In this document: positions 1 to 9,843 of the stretch, piece after piece
Numbering within the stretch: the stretch's first letter is position 1
Layout of the letters: every line of letters starts with the position of its first letter
Virus record (IMG/VR): IMGVR_UViG_3300028025_000093
Span: 88,650 to 152,649 of that record
Direction: 5' to 3' (one strand)
Length of the DNA: 64,000 nucleotides
Source: a virus
Lineage: Duplodnaviria; Heunggongvirae; Uroviricota; Caudoviricetes
Notes under the pieces: model-generated
Seen by the model: only the letters and a program-made list of their open reading frames with translations
What the model was told of the DNA's origin: nothing
The model's database searches: none
Position numbers and translations under genes: made by a program

Positions 1-1
1 C

Positions 2-391
2 CTTACAACTATTGGTGAATTCACTACAGCATTAACTGCAACTGCTAATACATCATTAACATTACCAACAACTGGTACACTAGCAACTCTTGCTGGAACA
101 GAAACATTAACTAATAAGACTATCACTGGTGCAGTTATCAGTGGTGGTTCTATTGATAATACCCCAGTCGGTGCAACTACTAGATCTACTGGTGCCTTTA
201 CATCTCTAGCAGCCAATGGTGCCGTAACATTCACTAGCACTACTGACTCTTCTGCTGTTGGTAATGGAGCTTTGGTTCTTTCTGGTGGCTTATCTGTTGC
301 CAAAGCAATGTTTATTGGTACTAATATTACTGGTGCTGGTGCAGCAACTTCTACCCTTGATGGATTTAACATCGATGGCGGCACTTATTAA
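2..391 (+). CDS. tail fibre protein, C-terminal fragment (5' end lies outside the window)
   Basis: Open frame from the window edge to TAA at 389-391. The translation is Thr/Gly/Ala-rich and contains a 'TLTNKTI' fibre-repeat motif also present in the next two fibre-like ORFs. Confidence 0.55.
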   Translation, partial: LTTIGEFTTALTATANTSLTLPTTGTLATLAGTETLTNKTITGAVISGGSIDNTPVGATTRSTGAFTSLAANGAVTFTSTTDSSAVGNGALVLSGGLSVAKAMFIGTNITGAGAATSTLDGFNIDGGTY

Positions 392-397
392 TATTGA

Positions 398-404
398 CTA
401 AATA
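398..404 (+). promoter_or_regulatory. CTAAATA late-promoter-like motif upstream of 457..1101
   Basis: The CTAAATA heptamer is the cyanomyovirus variant of the T4 late promoter TATAAATA. The same heptamer recurs 19-21 nt upstream of three other structural-gene starts. Confidence 0.3.
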
Positions 405-413
405 GAATTAGTC

Positions 414-447
414 GGCTGGGGTTTTTACCCCAGCTTTAACCTTTTTA
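414..447 (+). terminator. rho-independent terminator-like hairpin
   Basis: GGCTGGGG-ttttta-CCCCAGC stem-loop followed by a T-rich stretch, immediately after the stop of the upstream fibre gene. Confidence 0.5.
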
Positions 448-456
448 GGAAGATGA

Positions 457-1101
457 ATGAGTAACAAAATTATACTCAAGAAATCATCGGTCGTAGCGAA
501 AGTTCCGCTTACCAGTGATTTAGAATACGGTGAATTGGCATTAAACTATGCTGACGGCAAACTGTATTTCAAGAATTCTTCCAATGTAGTAAACTCGTTC
601 GCTGCGAACGTTGACCTGTCTTCATATGTCAGCTTGACAGGCACACAAACCCTCACCAACAAAACCCTCAGCAGTCCTGTACTAACAGGAACATTGACTG
701 CTGGTGGCAGCACAGGTATAAATGGACAAGTTTTAGTTTCCACTGGTACTGGCGTACAGTGGCAATCACTAGCTTCAAATACTCTAGATGGACTTACTGA
801 TGTTGTTATAAGTTCACCTCAAGCTCAGCAAGTTCTTAAGTTTAACGGAACTCAGTGGATTAACGCAAACAACGATGTTGCGGTAGCTTCTGCAGTTTTT
901 GCACCACAAGCAATGAGTGACTTAGGTTCAGTTACTGATTTAGTTATTAGCATATCTGAAGATCTTGGGCTTATCACTGAACTTGCTTATTTCGTTTATG
1001 ACATGGGACAATTACGTTTAGATGGTATTGTATCATTGAATAACTTGGATCAATCTGTTAAATCAGATTATATTACTTACGCAATTATTTTTGGATTTTA
1101 A
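457..1101 (+). CDS. tail fibre-like structural protein
   Basis: ATG preceded by AGGAAG. It carries a 'TQTLTNKTL' motif shared with the neighbouring fibre ORFs and has a Gly/Thr/Ser/Val-rich composition. Confidence 0.5.
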   Translation: MSNKIILKKSSVVAKVPLTSDLEYGELALNYADGKLYFKNSSNVVNSFAANVDLSSYVSLTGTQTLTNKTLSSPVLTGTLTAGGSTGINGQVLVSTGTGVQWQSLASNTLDGLTDVVISSPQAQQVLKFNGTQWINANNDVAVASAVFAPQAMSDLGSVTDLVISISEDLGLITELAYFVYDMGQLRLDGIVSLNNLDQSVKSDYITYAIIFGF

Positions 1102-1111
1102 AGGTTAAACT

Positions 1112-3973
1112 ATGGCTCGTCAATTAGCAGAAAAATATATTTTCACTCCAGGTGGTACAAATGCAGGCACAATTAAAATTCCAGGTAAGATTGATTTAAA
1201 CCAATTACTGGTTATCACCAATAAAACTACTCAAGAAAATATCTATGCTCTAGGTGATCCTACCAGAAGTGCATCATGCTCATTTAACGCAGACGATATT
1301 GATACTTTTAATACTGCCTTTGATGGCGTAACAACTATCACTTTGACTAAAGACACATCAGAGATGTTGTCTACACATTCTTTGGCAATCTACAGTGATG
1401 CTCCAGCTTATCAAGGTACTGTTGTTAAACCATACTTTTTCGGCACAGATGCCATTGAACGTATACGTATTGCAAATCCACAGGCCATGATTGACGCTGA
1501 CTTTGAGTATGGTCTACAAACTACAAAGTGGCAGAACTATTCTTCTATTAGAAACATTCCAGGTATCTATGAGAAACCAGGTCTTGACTTGTTTATTACC
1601 AACGTAACTACTGACGGAGCAACTCCTTCTATTATTACTGTTACTTGTTCAGCACCTCACGGTCTTGCAGTTGCAGATCCAGTAATTTTACATGGTCTTT
1701 CTGTAGTATCTAATTTTGGTCGTGCAGAAGGTGCATTTATTATCGCCACTGTTCCAAGTGCCACTACGTTTACTTATTATGCTAAAGGTATTGTTGGACA
1801 AAACGGACAAACTATGTACGGTAGTGCAACATATGGTCGTCGTGGAGGTTTTTACGCTGGTGCACAATTACCAGTAGCTTCAATTACATCTAATGGAGCA
1901 AACCCATCAAATATTACTGTAACATTATCTGCGAACCATGGTTTAATCCCAGGTTCTCCAATTTCAGTTATTGCCACTTCTAGTGGAACAAACCACAACT
2001 TAGCTTCTGGAAACTGGTTTTTAGAAACTATTTCTAGCCCAACAACATTCACTTATACTTCTCGAGTAGGTGGAGCAGTAGCTGCTGCAGGATTAACTGC
2101 CAAAGTATTTGTTCGCTCAGATGCTATTTCTATTCACAGACCATTCGATGGTGGTATTATTCTTGGTCCATTCAGTCCATCCAATGGCGCATCTGCTATC
2201 CGACAAACTAAAAAATATATTCGTTATCAATCTGGTAAGGGTATTATGTTTACATCGGGTGTTTTATTTTGCCCAGTACATAACTTAGACCAAATTTCAG
2301 CCAATGGAACTGCTCCAGGATCTGTTGTTACCGTAGTGTGTGAAAGTAACCATGGTTGTCAAGTTGGAGCAACAGTAACAATTGCTGGTGTTATCACTGA
2401 AGGATATAATGGTACGTATGGTGTTACTTCTATTATTAATGAACAGACATTTACATTCTCAGCTTCTAATACACTAGAAGCTGCCAATACAGTATTAACT
2501 GATTTACCACGTGTGTCAGTTGTTGGCTGGCATGGCTCTACTGTTCGCTGCGGTCCATTCGATGATCAGAATGGTGTTTACTGGGAATTTGACGGTCAAG
2601 AGTTGGCTGTTGGTAAGCGTTCAGGTACTTATCAATTATCTGGATTTGTTTCTTGTACTCCAAATTCTCAAGCAGTGACAGGGACGAATAGTAGATTTAC
2701 TCAGCAATTGCGTGCTGGTAATAATATTATTATTCGCGGAATGACATACAAAGTTGCATCTATCAGTAGTGATACAGCATTAACAATTAACCCACCATAT
2801 CGTGGTATCAATCCATCTAAACCAGTTAAGTATACAGTAATTAGAGATACACGTGTTACCCAAGCTCAATTTAATATTGATAAAATAGATGGAACTGGGG
2901 AATCTGGTTATAAAATGAATATCGCCAAGATGCAGATGATCGGAATTCAATTCTCATGGTATGGTGCTGGTTTTATTGATTGGATGATTCGTGGATCTGA
3001 TGGTAATATGATTCCTGTCCATAGAATGAAACAGAACAACGTAAACGATGAAGCGTATATGCGTACTGGTAACTCAACTATTCGTTATCAGGTTATTAAT
3101 GAAATTGGTGCATCTACATTAACTGAAGATGTAGATGCAACACAAACAACTATTCCAGTTAAAGATGCATCTAGATATCCAGCCACTGGTGGAGTACTTA
3201 ATCTTGAAGGTGAGTTAATTCCATTCACTGGTAAAACAGGAAATACATTAACTGGATGTACTCGTGGTGGTAGTATTACTCAATTCGTTGGTGGTTTAAA
3301 TAGAACTTTCACAGGTAGAGCAGCGTTTGCGCATAGCAAAGGTGTTGGACAACAAGGTGTTGGATTAATGAGTGTAACATGTTCACCACTAATTAACCAC
3401 TGGGGTTCATCATATATTATGGACGGTAACTTTGACCAAGATCGTGGTTACTACTTTAACTATGCTTCTTTGAATAATACAATTGCGGCAGGTGCTTCAA
3501 AAACCGTATTCTTTATTAGATTGGCTCCTTCAGTTTCCAACTCTATTGCTGGAGACTTTGGTGATCGAGATCTAATCAATCGTTCACAATTGCTACTTGA
3601 AAAACTACAGATTACTTCTGACCAATCGGTTCAGGTTTATGGTATGTTAAATCCAGGTAATATTGACGCATCATCATTAAGTTGGGAAAACGTCAATACA
3701 GCAGAGTTAGGTTCTCAGCCATCTTTTGCGCAAATTGCATTTGGTGGTTCTACTGTTGCCAGTCCAGGAGAACAGATTTTCTCAACTCTGGGACAACCAG
3801 GAGGTTTCTCTGAGATTGACTTGGTAAAACTAAAAGAGTTATCGAATTCGGCAATTGGTGGTTATAGTAATTATCCAGATGGTCCAGACATGTTGGCCAT
3901 TGTTGTTAGAAATTTAGGAACAGCTTCATCTAAGGTAAACGTAAACTTATTCTGGACAGAAGCTCAAGCCTAA
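1112..3973 (+). CDS. large baseplate / tail-fibre structural protein (953 aa) with three tandem internal domain repeats
   Basis: Long ORF in the structural module. It contains three about 55-aa repeats of pattern 'P(S)xITVTxSAxHGLxxGxxVxIxG…TTFTY' at about 1625-2432. There is no enzymatic motif. Confidence 0.5.
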   Translation: MARQLAEKYIFTPGGTNAGTIKIPGKIDLNQLLVITNKTTQENIYALGDPTRSASCSFNADDIDTFNTAFDGVTTITLTKDTSEMLSTHSLAIYSDAPAYQGTVVKPYFFGTDAIERIRIANPQAMIDADFEYGLQTTKWQNYSSIRNIPGIYEKPGLDLFITNVTTDGATPSIITVTCSAPHGLAVADPVILHGLSVVSNFGRAEGAFIIATVPSATTFTYYAKGIVGQNGQTMYGSATYGRRGGFYAGAQLPVASITSNGANPSNITVTLSANHGLIPGSPISVIATSSGTNHNLASGNWFLETISSPTTFTYTSRVGGAVAAAGLTAKVFVRSDAISIHRPFDGGIILGPFSPSNGASAIRQTKKYIRYQSGKGIMFTSGVLFCPVHNLDQISANGTAPGSVVTVVCESNHGCQVGATVTIAGVITEGYNGTYGVTSIINEQTFTFSASNTLEAANTVLTDLPRVSVVGWHGSTVRCGPFDDQNGVYWEFDGQELAVGKRSGTYQLSGFVSCTPNSQAVTGTNSRFTQQLRAGNNIIIRGMTYKVASISSDTALTINPPYRGINPSKPVKYTVIRDTRVTQAQFNIDKIDGTGESGYKMNIAKMQMIGIQFSWYGAGFIDWMIRGSDGNMIPVHRMKQNNVNDEAYMRTGNSTIRYQVINEIGASTLTEDVDATQTTIPVKDASRYPATGGVLNLEGELIPFTGKTGNTLTGCTRGGSITQFVGGLNRTFTGRAAFAHSKGVGQQGVGLMSVTCSPLINHWGSSYIMDGNFDQDRGYYFNYASLNNTIAAGASKTVFFIRLAPSVSNSIAGDFGDRDLINRSQLLLEKLQITSDQSVQVYGMLNPGNIDASSLSWENVNTAELGSQPSFAQIAFGGSTVASPGEQIFSTLGQPGGFSEIDLVKLKELSNSAIGGYSNYPDGPDMLAIVVRNLGTASSKVNVNLFWTEAQA

Positions 3974-3976
3974 ATA
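3970..3976 (+). promoter_or_regulatory. CTAAATA late-promoter-like motif
   Basis: The heptamer lies 21 nt upstream of the ATG at 3998. Confidence 0.4.
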
Positions 3977-3997
3977 TAAAAAAATTAGAGGAAAACC

Positions 3998-5773
3998 ATG
4001 GCAACACAAGTACAGTTTAGACGAGGTACAACTACTCAGAATAATGCGTTTACTGGCGCAGTCGGAGAACTAACATACGACACTGAAGTTAAAACTCTTA
4101 GAATTCACGATGGCGCAACTGCTGGTGGTGGTTCCATTGCTTTAACAACAAATGCAACGCAAACAGTTCTAAATAAAACTTTTAGTACTGGTTCTGTTTG
4201 GAATGGTGGTCCAGTCTCGTTACAATACGGTGGAACTGGAACTCCAATCAATCCAGTGGCTGGTGCTGTTGCGTATGGTACAGCTAATGGTATCCAATTA
4301 TCTGCAGCTGGTACTTCTGGTCAGGTTTTAATTTCTGGTGGTACTGCTGGTCCTTCATGGATTAACTCTACTGGTCTACAAACTGGTACTGCTGTTAACG
4401 CAACATTTGCATCTAACGTTGCAGGTGGATCTGCTGGTCAGTTAGTTATTCAGCAAGATTCTTCTTTAACTACATTTATTACTGCTGGTGCTGTTGGAAC
4501 ATTCTTGAAGTCCAATGGTGCTGGTTATGCTCCAGGTTGGGCAACTGCTGACATTACTATTGGTAGCACTGTTATTGATCTTGGATCTAGCACTACTTCA
4601 TTAGCTGGTTTAAACATTTTAGCTGCAACTGGAACTAGCCACTGGACATTACCAGTTGGTACTACTGCCCAACGTCCAGCATCTCCAGCAGTTGGTCAAG
4701 TTCGTTATAACTCTTCTCAATCTACGTTTGAGGGTTACTCATCTGGTGCATGGTCTTCACTTGGTGGTGTTAAATCTGTTGATGGTTTAACATACATTAT
4801 TGCTGAAACTTCAGCTGGAGCATCAAATGATGAATTAGAATTTTATGCTGCAACTGGTTCTTCAACTACAACTAAGGTTGGTGGTTGGAATTCCACTCGT
4901 TTGCTAGTTTCCAATAGCACTCAGTCTTCAAGCACTAGTACTGGTGCACTACAAGTTGTTGGTGGTGCTGGTATTGGTGGACACTTATATGTTGGTGGTA
5001 CTGTTAATATTACAGGAAACCTTACTGTTACAGGTACTACAACTACTACAAACAGCCAATCACTAACTGTTACAACTCCTCAGTTGTTCTTGGCTTCTGA
5101 TAATACTGGTAACACAACTGATATTGGTATTATTGGTGGTTACGTTAGTAGTGGCAATAAGAGAACTGGTCTTGTTAAACAAGCATCTTCTAACGAATGG
5201 CGTTTGTTCTCTAATACTACAGCAAACCCAGGAACAGTATATGATTTCACTGACGCAGTTTATGACAACCTACGTCTTGGTGGAATTATCGGTACTGGTA
5301 ATTCAAGTATCGGTGGCACATTAGCTGTAACTGGTGTAACAACACTAAGTTCTACACTTAGCGTTTCTGGTTTAATTACTTCTACTAGTGGTATTTCTGG
5401 TGGTCCAGCGTCTCATACTACTGGAACATTTAGTGGTGATATAACAGCTACTAGTGGTTCATTTAGTGGTGGTGTAACAGCCTCAGGTGGTTTCCAAACT
5501 TCTTCAGATGCTAGATTAAAGTCTAACATTCAAGATTCTTTATATGGTCTTGATACAGTTCTTGCTTTGCGCTCAGTTACATATACCAAAGATGGTAAGT
5601 CTGATGTAGGTCTTATTGCTCAAGAAGTTGAAGCTATAATTCCAGAATTTGTTGGTGAAAATAATGATGGCATGAAGACTGTTAACTACTCACAAATGGT
5701 TTCAGTTCTAATTAAAGCTGTTCAAGAATTAAAAGCAGAGGTAGATACTCTAAAAGCCAGACTAGGAGAATAA
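3998..5773 (+). CDS. tail fibre / neck-whisker-like protein with C-terminal intramolecular chaperone (peptidase S74-type) domain
   Basis: Gly/Thr/Ser-rich fibre with a 'TQTVLNKTF' motif. The C-terminus '…SSDARLKSNIQD…GLIAQEVEAIIPEFV…' matches the signature of the auto-cleaving intramolecular chaperone found at the ends of phage fibres and endosialidases. It lies directly upstream of the neck genes, the position that wac holds in T4. Confidence 0.6.
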   Translation: MATQVQFRRGTTTQNNAFTGAVGELTYDTEVKTLRIHDGATAGGGSIALTTNATQTVLNKTFSTGSVWNGGPVSLQYGGTGTPINPVAGAVAYGTANGIQLSAAGTSGQVLISGGTAGPSWINSTGLQTGTAVNATFASNVAGGSAGQLVIQQDSSLTTFITAGAVGTFLKSNGAGYAPGWATADITIGSTVIDLGSSTTSLAGLNILAATGTSHWTLPVGTTAQRPASPAVGQVRYNSSQSTFEGYSSGAWSSLGGVKSVDGLTYIIAETSAGASNDELEFYAATGSSTTTKVGGWNSTRLLVSNSTQSSSTSTGALQVVGGAGIGGHLYVGGTVNITGNLTVTGTTTTTNSQSLTVTTPQLFLASDNTGNTTDIGIIGGYVSSGNKRTGLVKQASSNEWRLFSNTTANPGTVYDFTDAVYDNLRLGGIIGTGNSSIGGTLAVTGVTTLSSTLSVSGLITSTSGISGGPASHTTGTFSGDITATSGSFSGGVTASGGFQTSSDARLKSNIQDSLYGLDTVLALRSVTYTKDGKSDVGLIAQEVEAIIPEFVGENNDGMKTVNYSQMVSVLIKAVQELKAEVDTLKARLGE

Positions 5774-5774
5774 G

Positions 5775-6512
5775 ATGGCTGTAACATCAAGAGATGGTTT
5801 GAAACAATATGCGCTGCGAGCACTTGGCGCACCTGTGCTTGAAATTAACGTAGATGATGATCAATTAGAAGATCGCATTGATGAAGCACTAGATTACTGG
5901 CGTCAGTATCACTGGGATGGTATCGAAAAGGTATACCTAAAACATCGTGTTACTCAGCAAGATATCACTAATAGATATTTGCCACTATCAGATTTAGTTT
6001 GGGGTGTTACTCGTGTAATTCCACTAACTATGGCATCATCGTCACAACAAATTTTTGATTTACAATATCAGTTGCGTTTACACGATTTGTATGACCTAAC
6101 ATCGGTATCAATGATTTATTACAACCAAGTAATGAGTCACTTAGCCTTGTTAAACGATCAATTGAATGGACCACAAACATTCCGTTTCAATAAATTGCAG
6201 AGCAAATTGTTCATTGAACTTAATTGGGGCACAGAAGCCAAGGTTGATGATTGGATCGTAGTTGAATGTTATCGTGTGCTAGATCCTGAAGAATATACCA
6301 AAGTATGGGGTGAGGCTTGGTTAAAGCATTATACCACTGCATTGTTTAAGAAACAGTGGGCGACCAATATTAAGAAATTCTCTGGCATTCAACTTCCAGG
6401 TGGCGTTACTCTAGATGGTAATGCACTGTACGATGAAGCTGTTGGAGAAATAAAAGAACTAGAAGATGAGCTAATGAATAAATCAGCTCCATTAGATATG
6501 TTCTTAGGATAA
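5775..6512 (+). CDS. neck protein (gp13-like)
   Basis: Position immediately upstream of the gp14/gp15/gp17 homologues. The N-terminus 'LRALGAPVLEINVDDDQL…YHWDG' resembles the T4-like gp13 N-terminus as I recall it. Confidence 0.5.
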   Translation: MAVTSRDGLKQYALRALGAPVLEINVDDDQLEDRIDEALDYWRQYHWDGIEKVYLKHRVTQQDITNRYLPLSDLVWGVTRVIPLTMASSSQQIFDLQYQLRLHDLYDLTSVSMIYYNQVMSHLALLNDQLNGPQTFRFNKLQSKLFIELNWGTEAKVDDWIVVECYRVLDPEEYTKVWGEAWLKHYTTALFKKQWATNIKKFSGIQLPGGVTLDGNALYDEAVGEIKELEDELMNKSAPLDMFLG

Positions 6513-6514
6513 GC

Positions 6515-7432
6515 ATGACCACAACTAATGTCTACTTTTCTCACGGTACTAAAAACGAACAATACCTAGTTGAGGATTTGATCATTGAATCGTTACGTAT
6601 GTACGGTAACGAAGTCTATTACATTCCAAGAACATTAGTTTCAAAAGACGAGATCTTAGGTGAAGATCGTTTGTCTGAATTTAAAACTGCATTTCCCATT
6701 GAAATGTACTTTGAAAACATAGACAACTTTGCTGGGCAAGGTGCGTTTATTCAAAAGTTTGGTCTTATGGTAGAACAGTCTGCCACTCTAGTAGTTGCAC
6801 GTCGTCGCTGGGATCAGTTTGTTGGTAGATATGAAGTTAGTATACTACCACACAGACCAGCTGAAGGTGATCTAATTTATTTCCCACTATCTAAAGGATT
6901 GTTTGAAATTAAGTTTGTTCAGCATCAAGACCCTTTCTATCAACTAGGTAAGTTATACGTTTATAAATTACAAGTTGAATTGTTCCAGTATAGTTCTGAG
7001 CGTATTGATACTGGTATTGCAGCTGTAGATAACTTTGAATCATTAAAATCATTCACCACAAACTTAACTAGAAGCAACTTTGGTGAAGTTACTGAAATTA
7101 ATATGGTTAATCGAGGTAGTGGGTACACAGCAGTTCCAGATGTTACCATAACTGGTGGTTCTGGTCGTGGCGCAACAGCAGTGGCTGTTATTGGAAGTGG
7201 CTCAGATTTGGGTAAAATTGTTAGAATTGATATTACTAATGGTGGAACTAGCTACAATTCTATTCCAACAGTTACAATATCTCCTCCAACCAGTGGTGTT
7301 ACTGCAACTGCAACAGCAGTAGTTGAAGTTGACATTGATAAAGTTGAATCGTTTGGTGACAACAATAAATTTAAAGAAGAATCTTCTGGTATTGTTTTCA
7401 ACGAGAATAATCCGTTTGGAGATGTAATTTAA
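6515..7432 (+). CDS. neck protein (gp14-like) with C-terminal 'GSGYT…PTVTI' repeat domain
   Basis: Synteny between the gp13-like and gp15-like genes. Its C-terminal part carries the same repeat motif that is inserted in the tail sheath. Confidence 0.45.
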   Translation: MTTTNVYFSHGTKNEQYLVEDLIIESLRMYGNEVYYIPRTLVSKDEILGEDRLSEFKTAFPIEMYFENIDNFAGQGAFIQKFGLMVEQSATLVVARRRWDQFVGRYEVSILPHRPAEGDLIYFPLSKGLFEIKFVQHQDPFYQLGKLYVYKLQVELFQYSSERIDTGIAAVDNFESLKSFTTNLTRSNFGEVTEINMVNRGSGYTAVPDVTITGGSGRGATAVAVIGSGSDLGKIVRIDITNGGTSYNSIPTVTISPPTSGVTATATAVVEVDIDKVESFGDNNKFKEESSGIVFNENNPFGDVI

Positions 7433-8178
7433 TGTTAAACAATCAAGTGTTTTATCACGGGATTATCCGTAAGACTATTGTTAGTTTTGGTCGTATGTTT
7501 AGCAATATTTACATTGATCGTAAGCAAGGTGACTCTGTTACAGGCACAACTATTCAAAGATTACAAGTTCCACTGGCATATGCTCCAAAAGAAAAGTGGT
7601 TGGTTAGAATTGATTCTGATCCAAACTTGGATAACAATACTTACATATCGTTGCCACGCATGTCATTTGAAATAACTGGATACTCTTATGATCCAGCAAG
7701 AAAATCAAATAGACTACAAAAGATTACTTGTGGTGCTGGAACAAACTCAATGAAAGCTGTATTTGCTCCAGTTCCATACAATATAGATATTACACTTTAT
7801 ATACTAACTAAAACTCAAGAAGATGGCTTGCAAATTCTTGAACAAATTCTTCCTACCTTTACACCAGAATATACTCTTGCAATTAAAGCTGTGGATGAAA
7901 TGAATATTGTTCAAGATGTGCCTGTTATCTTAAATAGCGTATCAGTTCAAGATGATTACGATGGTGATTTTCAAACTCGTAGATTTGTAACCCACACATT
8001 AAACTTTACGCTGAAAACAAACTTATTTGGTTCTACCAATACCCAAGGTGTTATTGATCAAGTTAATGCAAACGTTGGAGAAAATGAAAACTTCTCTAAT
8101 CCAAATAGAGTTTATGTTGCGCAAGGAAATCCTGCCACAGGAATAGTGACGCAGGAAAATTGGGAAGACAACTTTTAA
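7432..8178 (+). CDS. tail sheath stabiliser / tail completion protein (gp15-like)
   Basis: Immediately upstream of the terminase large subunit. The N-terminal 'FGRMFSNIYIDRK…VPLAYAPKEKWLVRI' matches my recollection of T4 gp15 ('LFSNIQIKR…VPITYASKEHFMMKL'). Start overlaps the upstream stop (TAATG). Confidence 0.5.
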   Translation: MLNNQVFYHGIIRKTIVSFGRMFSNIYIDRKQGDSVTGTTIQRLQVPLAYAPKEKWLVRIDSDPNLDNNTYISLPRMSFEITGYSYDPARKSNRLQKITCGAGTNSMKAVFAPVPYNIDITLYILTKTQEDGLQILEQILPTFTPEYTLAIKAVDEMNIVQDVPVILNSVSVQDDYDGDFQTRRFVTHTLNFTLKTNLFGSTNTQGVIDQVNANVGENENFSNPNRVYVAQGNPATGIVTQENWEDNF

Positions 8179-8181
8179 AAT

Positions 8182-9762
8182 ATGGCTCAAGTTTATAATG
8201 CTAATGCGAATCTAAAGGCTGCTGGGGTTTCAGTTCAGTTTACTCCTGAACAAGTTCAAGAGATTATTAAATGTACTGCAGACCCAATATACTTTATAGA
8301 AACGTATTGTCAAATCGTTTCGCTTGATCGTGGTTTAATTCCATTTAAGCTGTACGATTGTCAAAAAGAAAAAGTTAATATAATCCATAACAATCGCCGT
8401 GTGATTCTTATGGAAGGTCGTCAGCAAGGTAAGACAACTACCTCTGCTGCTTATATTCTTTGGTATACTATATTCCAAGAAAATAAAACTGTAGCTATTC
8501 TTGCTAACAAAGCTACTGCTGCTCGAGAAGTATTATCTCGTTATCAGTTAATGTTTGAGCACTTACCTGTGTGGTTGCAACAAGGTGTTACTACTTGGAA
8601 TAAAGGTGACATTGAACTAGAAAATGGCTCAAAAGTTTTTACAGCTGCAACATCAACGTCAGGTATTCGTGGTAAGTCTGTTAACATGCTTTACGTTGAC
8701 GAAACTGCTATTATTCCAAACACTGTTGCTGAAGAATTCTTTACGTCAGTGTACCCAACTATTTCAGCTGGTGAAACTACAAAGATTTTGTTGTCCTCTA
8801 CGCCACTAGGTTACAATCACTTTTGGAAGTATTGGAATGATGCTGAAAATGGTCGTAATGGTTTCGTTCCACTATTCATTCCTTACTGGAAAATTCCAGG
8901 TCGTGATGAGAAATGGGCAGCTGAACAAAAGGCAATGCTTGGTGAACTAAAATACAACCAAGAAGTATTATGTAAGTTTTTAGGTTCCAGCTTAACATTA
9001 GTTGCAGCAGATACTATTGCAAAAATGTCAATTGCTCAAACAGTGTTTAGTAAAGATGGGTTAGATATATATGAACACGTTAAAGAAGGTAATGTATACG
9101 TATTAGTGGCCGACACAGCTAAAGGTGTTGGTGGTGACTATTCGGCATTTTCTGTCATTGATATATCCGAAGTACCATATAAACTTGTGGCTAAGTATAG
9201 AAAGAATGATATTAGTCCACTTTTATATCCAAACATTATACATCACGTAGCAACACAATTTAATGAAGCATTTGTACTAATTGAGATTAATTCAAGTGAG
9301 CAAGTGCCTTATATTATACATAATGAACTAGAGTATGAGAACTTGATGTTTGTTAGTAGATCTGGTGGTATGCAAACTATTACTGGCGGATTTGGTGGCG
9401 GTACTACTCAGCTGGGAGTAAATACCGACAAACGAGTAAAACGAACTGGATGTCATAACTTTAAATCATTAGTTGAAGAAAATAAGTTAATCATCCAAGA
9501 CGCTGATACGATTTCTGAAATTTCCACGTTTATTGAAACACGTGGTTCTTATGCAGCTGACGATGGTTATCACGATGACTTAGTTATGACTTTAGTACTG
9601 TTTAGCTGGTTAACAGCAACACCGTATTTTAAAGACCTAAATAATGTAAACCTGAGACAAGTTATGTATGAGAAAAGAATCAAGGCATTGGAGGATGAAT
9701 TAACTCCATTTGGCTTCTTAGATAATGGCGACACAAGAGAAAAACCACTTTTGAACTTCTGA
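8182..9762 (+). CDS. terminase large subunit (gp17-like)
   Basis: Walker A-like 'GRQQGKTT', an ATPase plus nuclease domain organisation, and the expected position before the tail sheath and portal genes. Confidence 0.9.
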   Translation: MAQVYNANANLKAAGVSVQFTPEQVQEIIKCTADPIYFIETYCQIVSLDRGLIPFKLYDCQKEKVNIIHNNRRVILMEGRQQGKTTTSAAYILWYTIFQENKTVAILANKATAAREVLSRYQLMFEHLPVWLQQGVTTWNKGDIELENGSKVFTAATSTSGIRGKSVNMLYVDETAIIPNTVAEEFFTSVYPTISAGETTKILLSSTPLGYNHFWKYWNDAENGRNGFVPLFIPYWKIPGRDEKWAAEQKAMLGELKYNQEVLCKFLGSSLTLVAADTIAKMSIAQTVFSKDGLDIYEHVKEGNVYVLVADTAKGVGGDYSAFSVIDISEVPYKLVAKYRKNDISPLLYPNIIHHVATQFNEAFVLIEINSSEQVPYIIHNELEYENLMFVSRSGGMQTITGGFGGGTTQLGVNTDKRVKRTGCHNFKSLVEENKLIIQDADTISEISTFIETRGSYAADDGYHDDLVMTLVLFSWLTATPYFKDLNNVNLRQVMYEKRIKALEDELTPFGFLDNGDTREKPLLNF

Positions 9763-9843
9763 AAATGGGTTTTAAATAAATAAATTAGTGCTTTCAGTGC
9801 TCCTCGAAGCAAAACAGAATAACATGTAATAAGGAGAATTACA

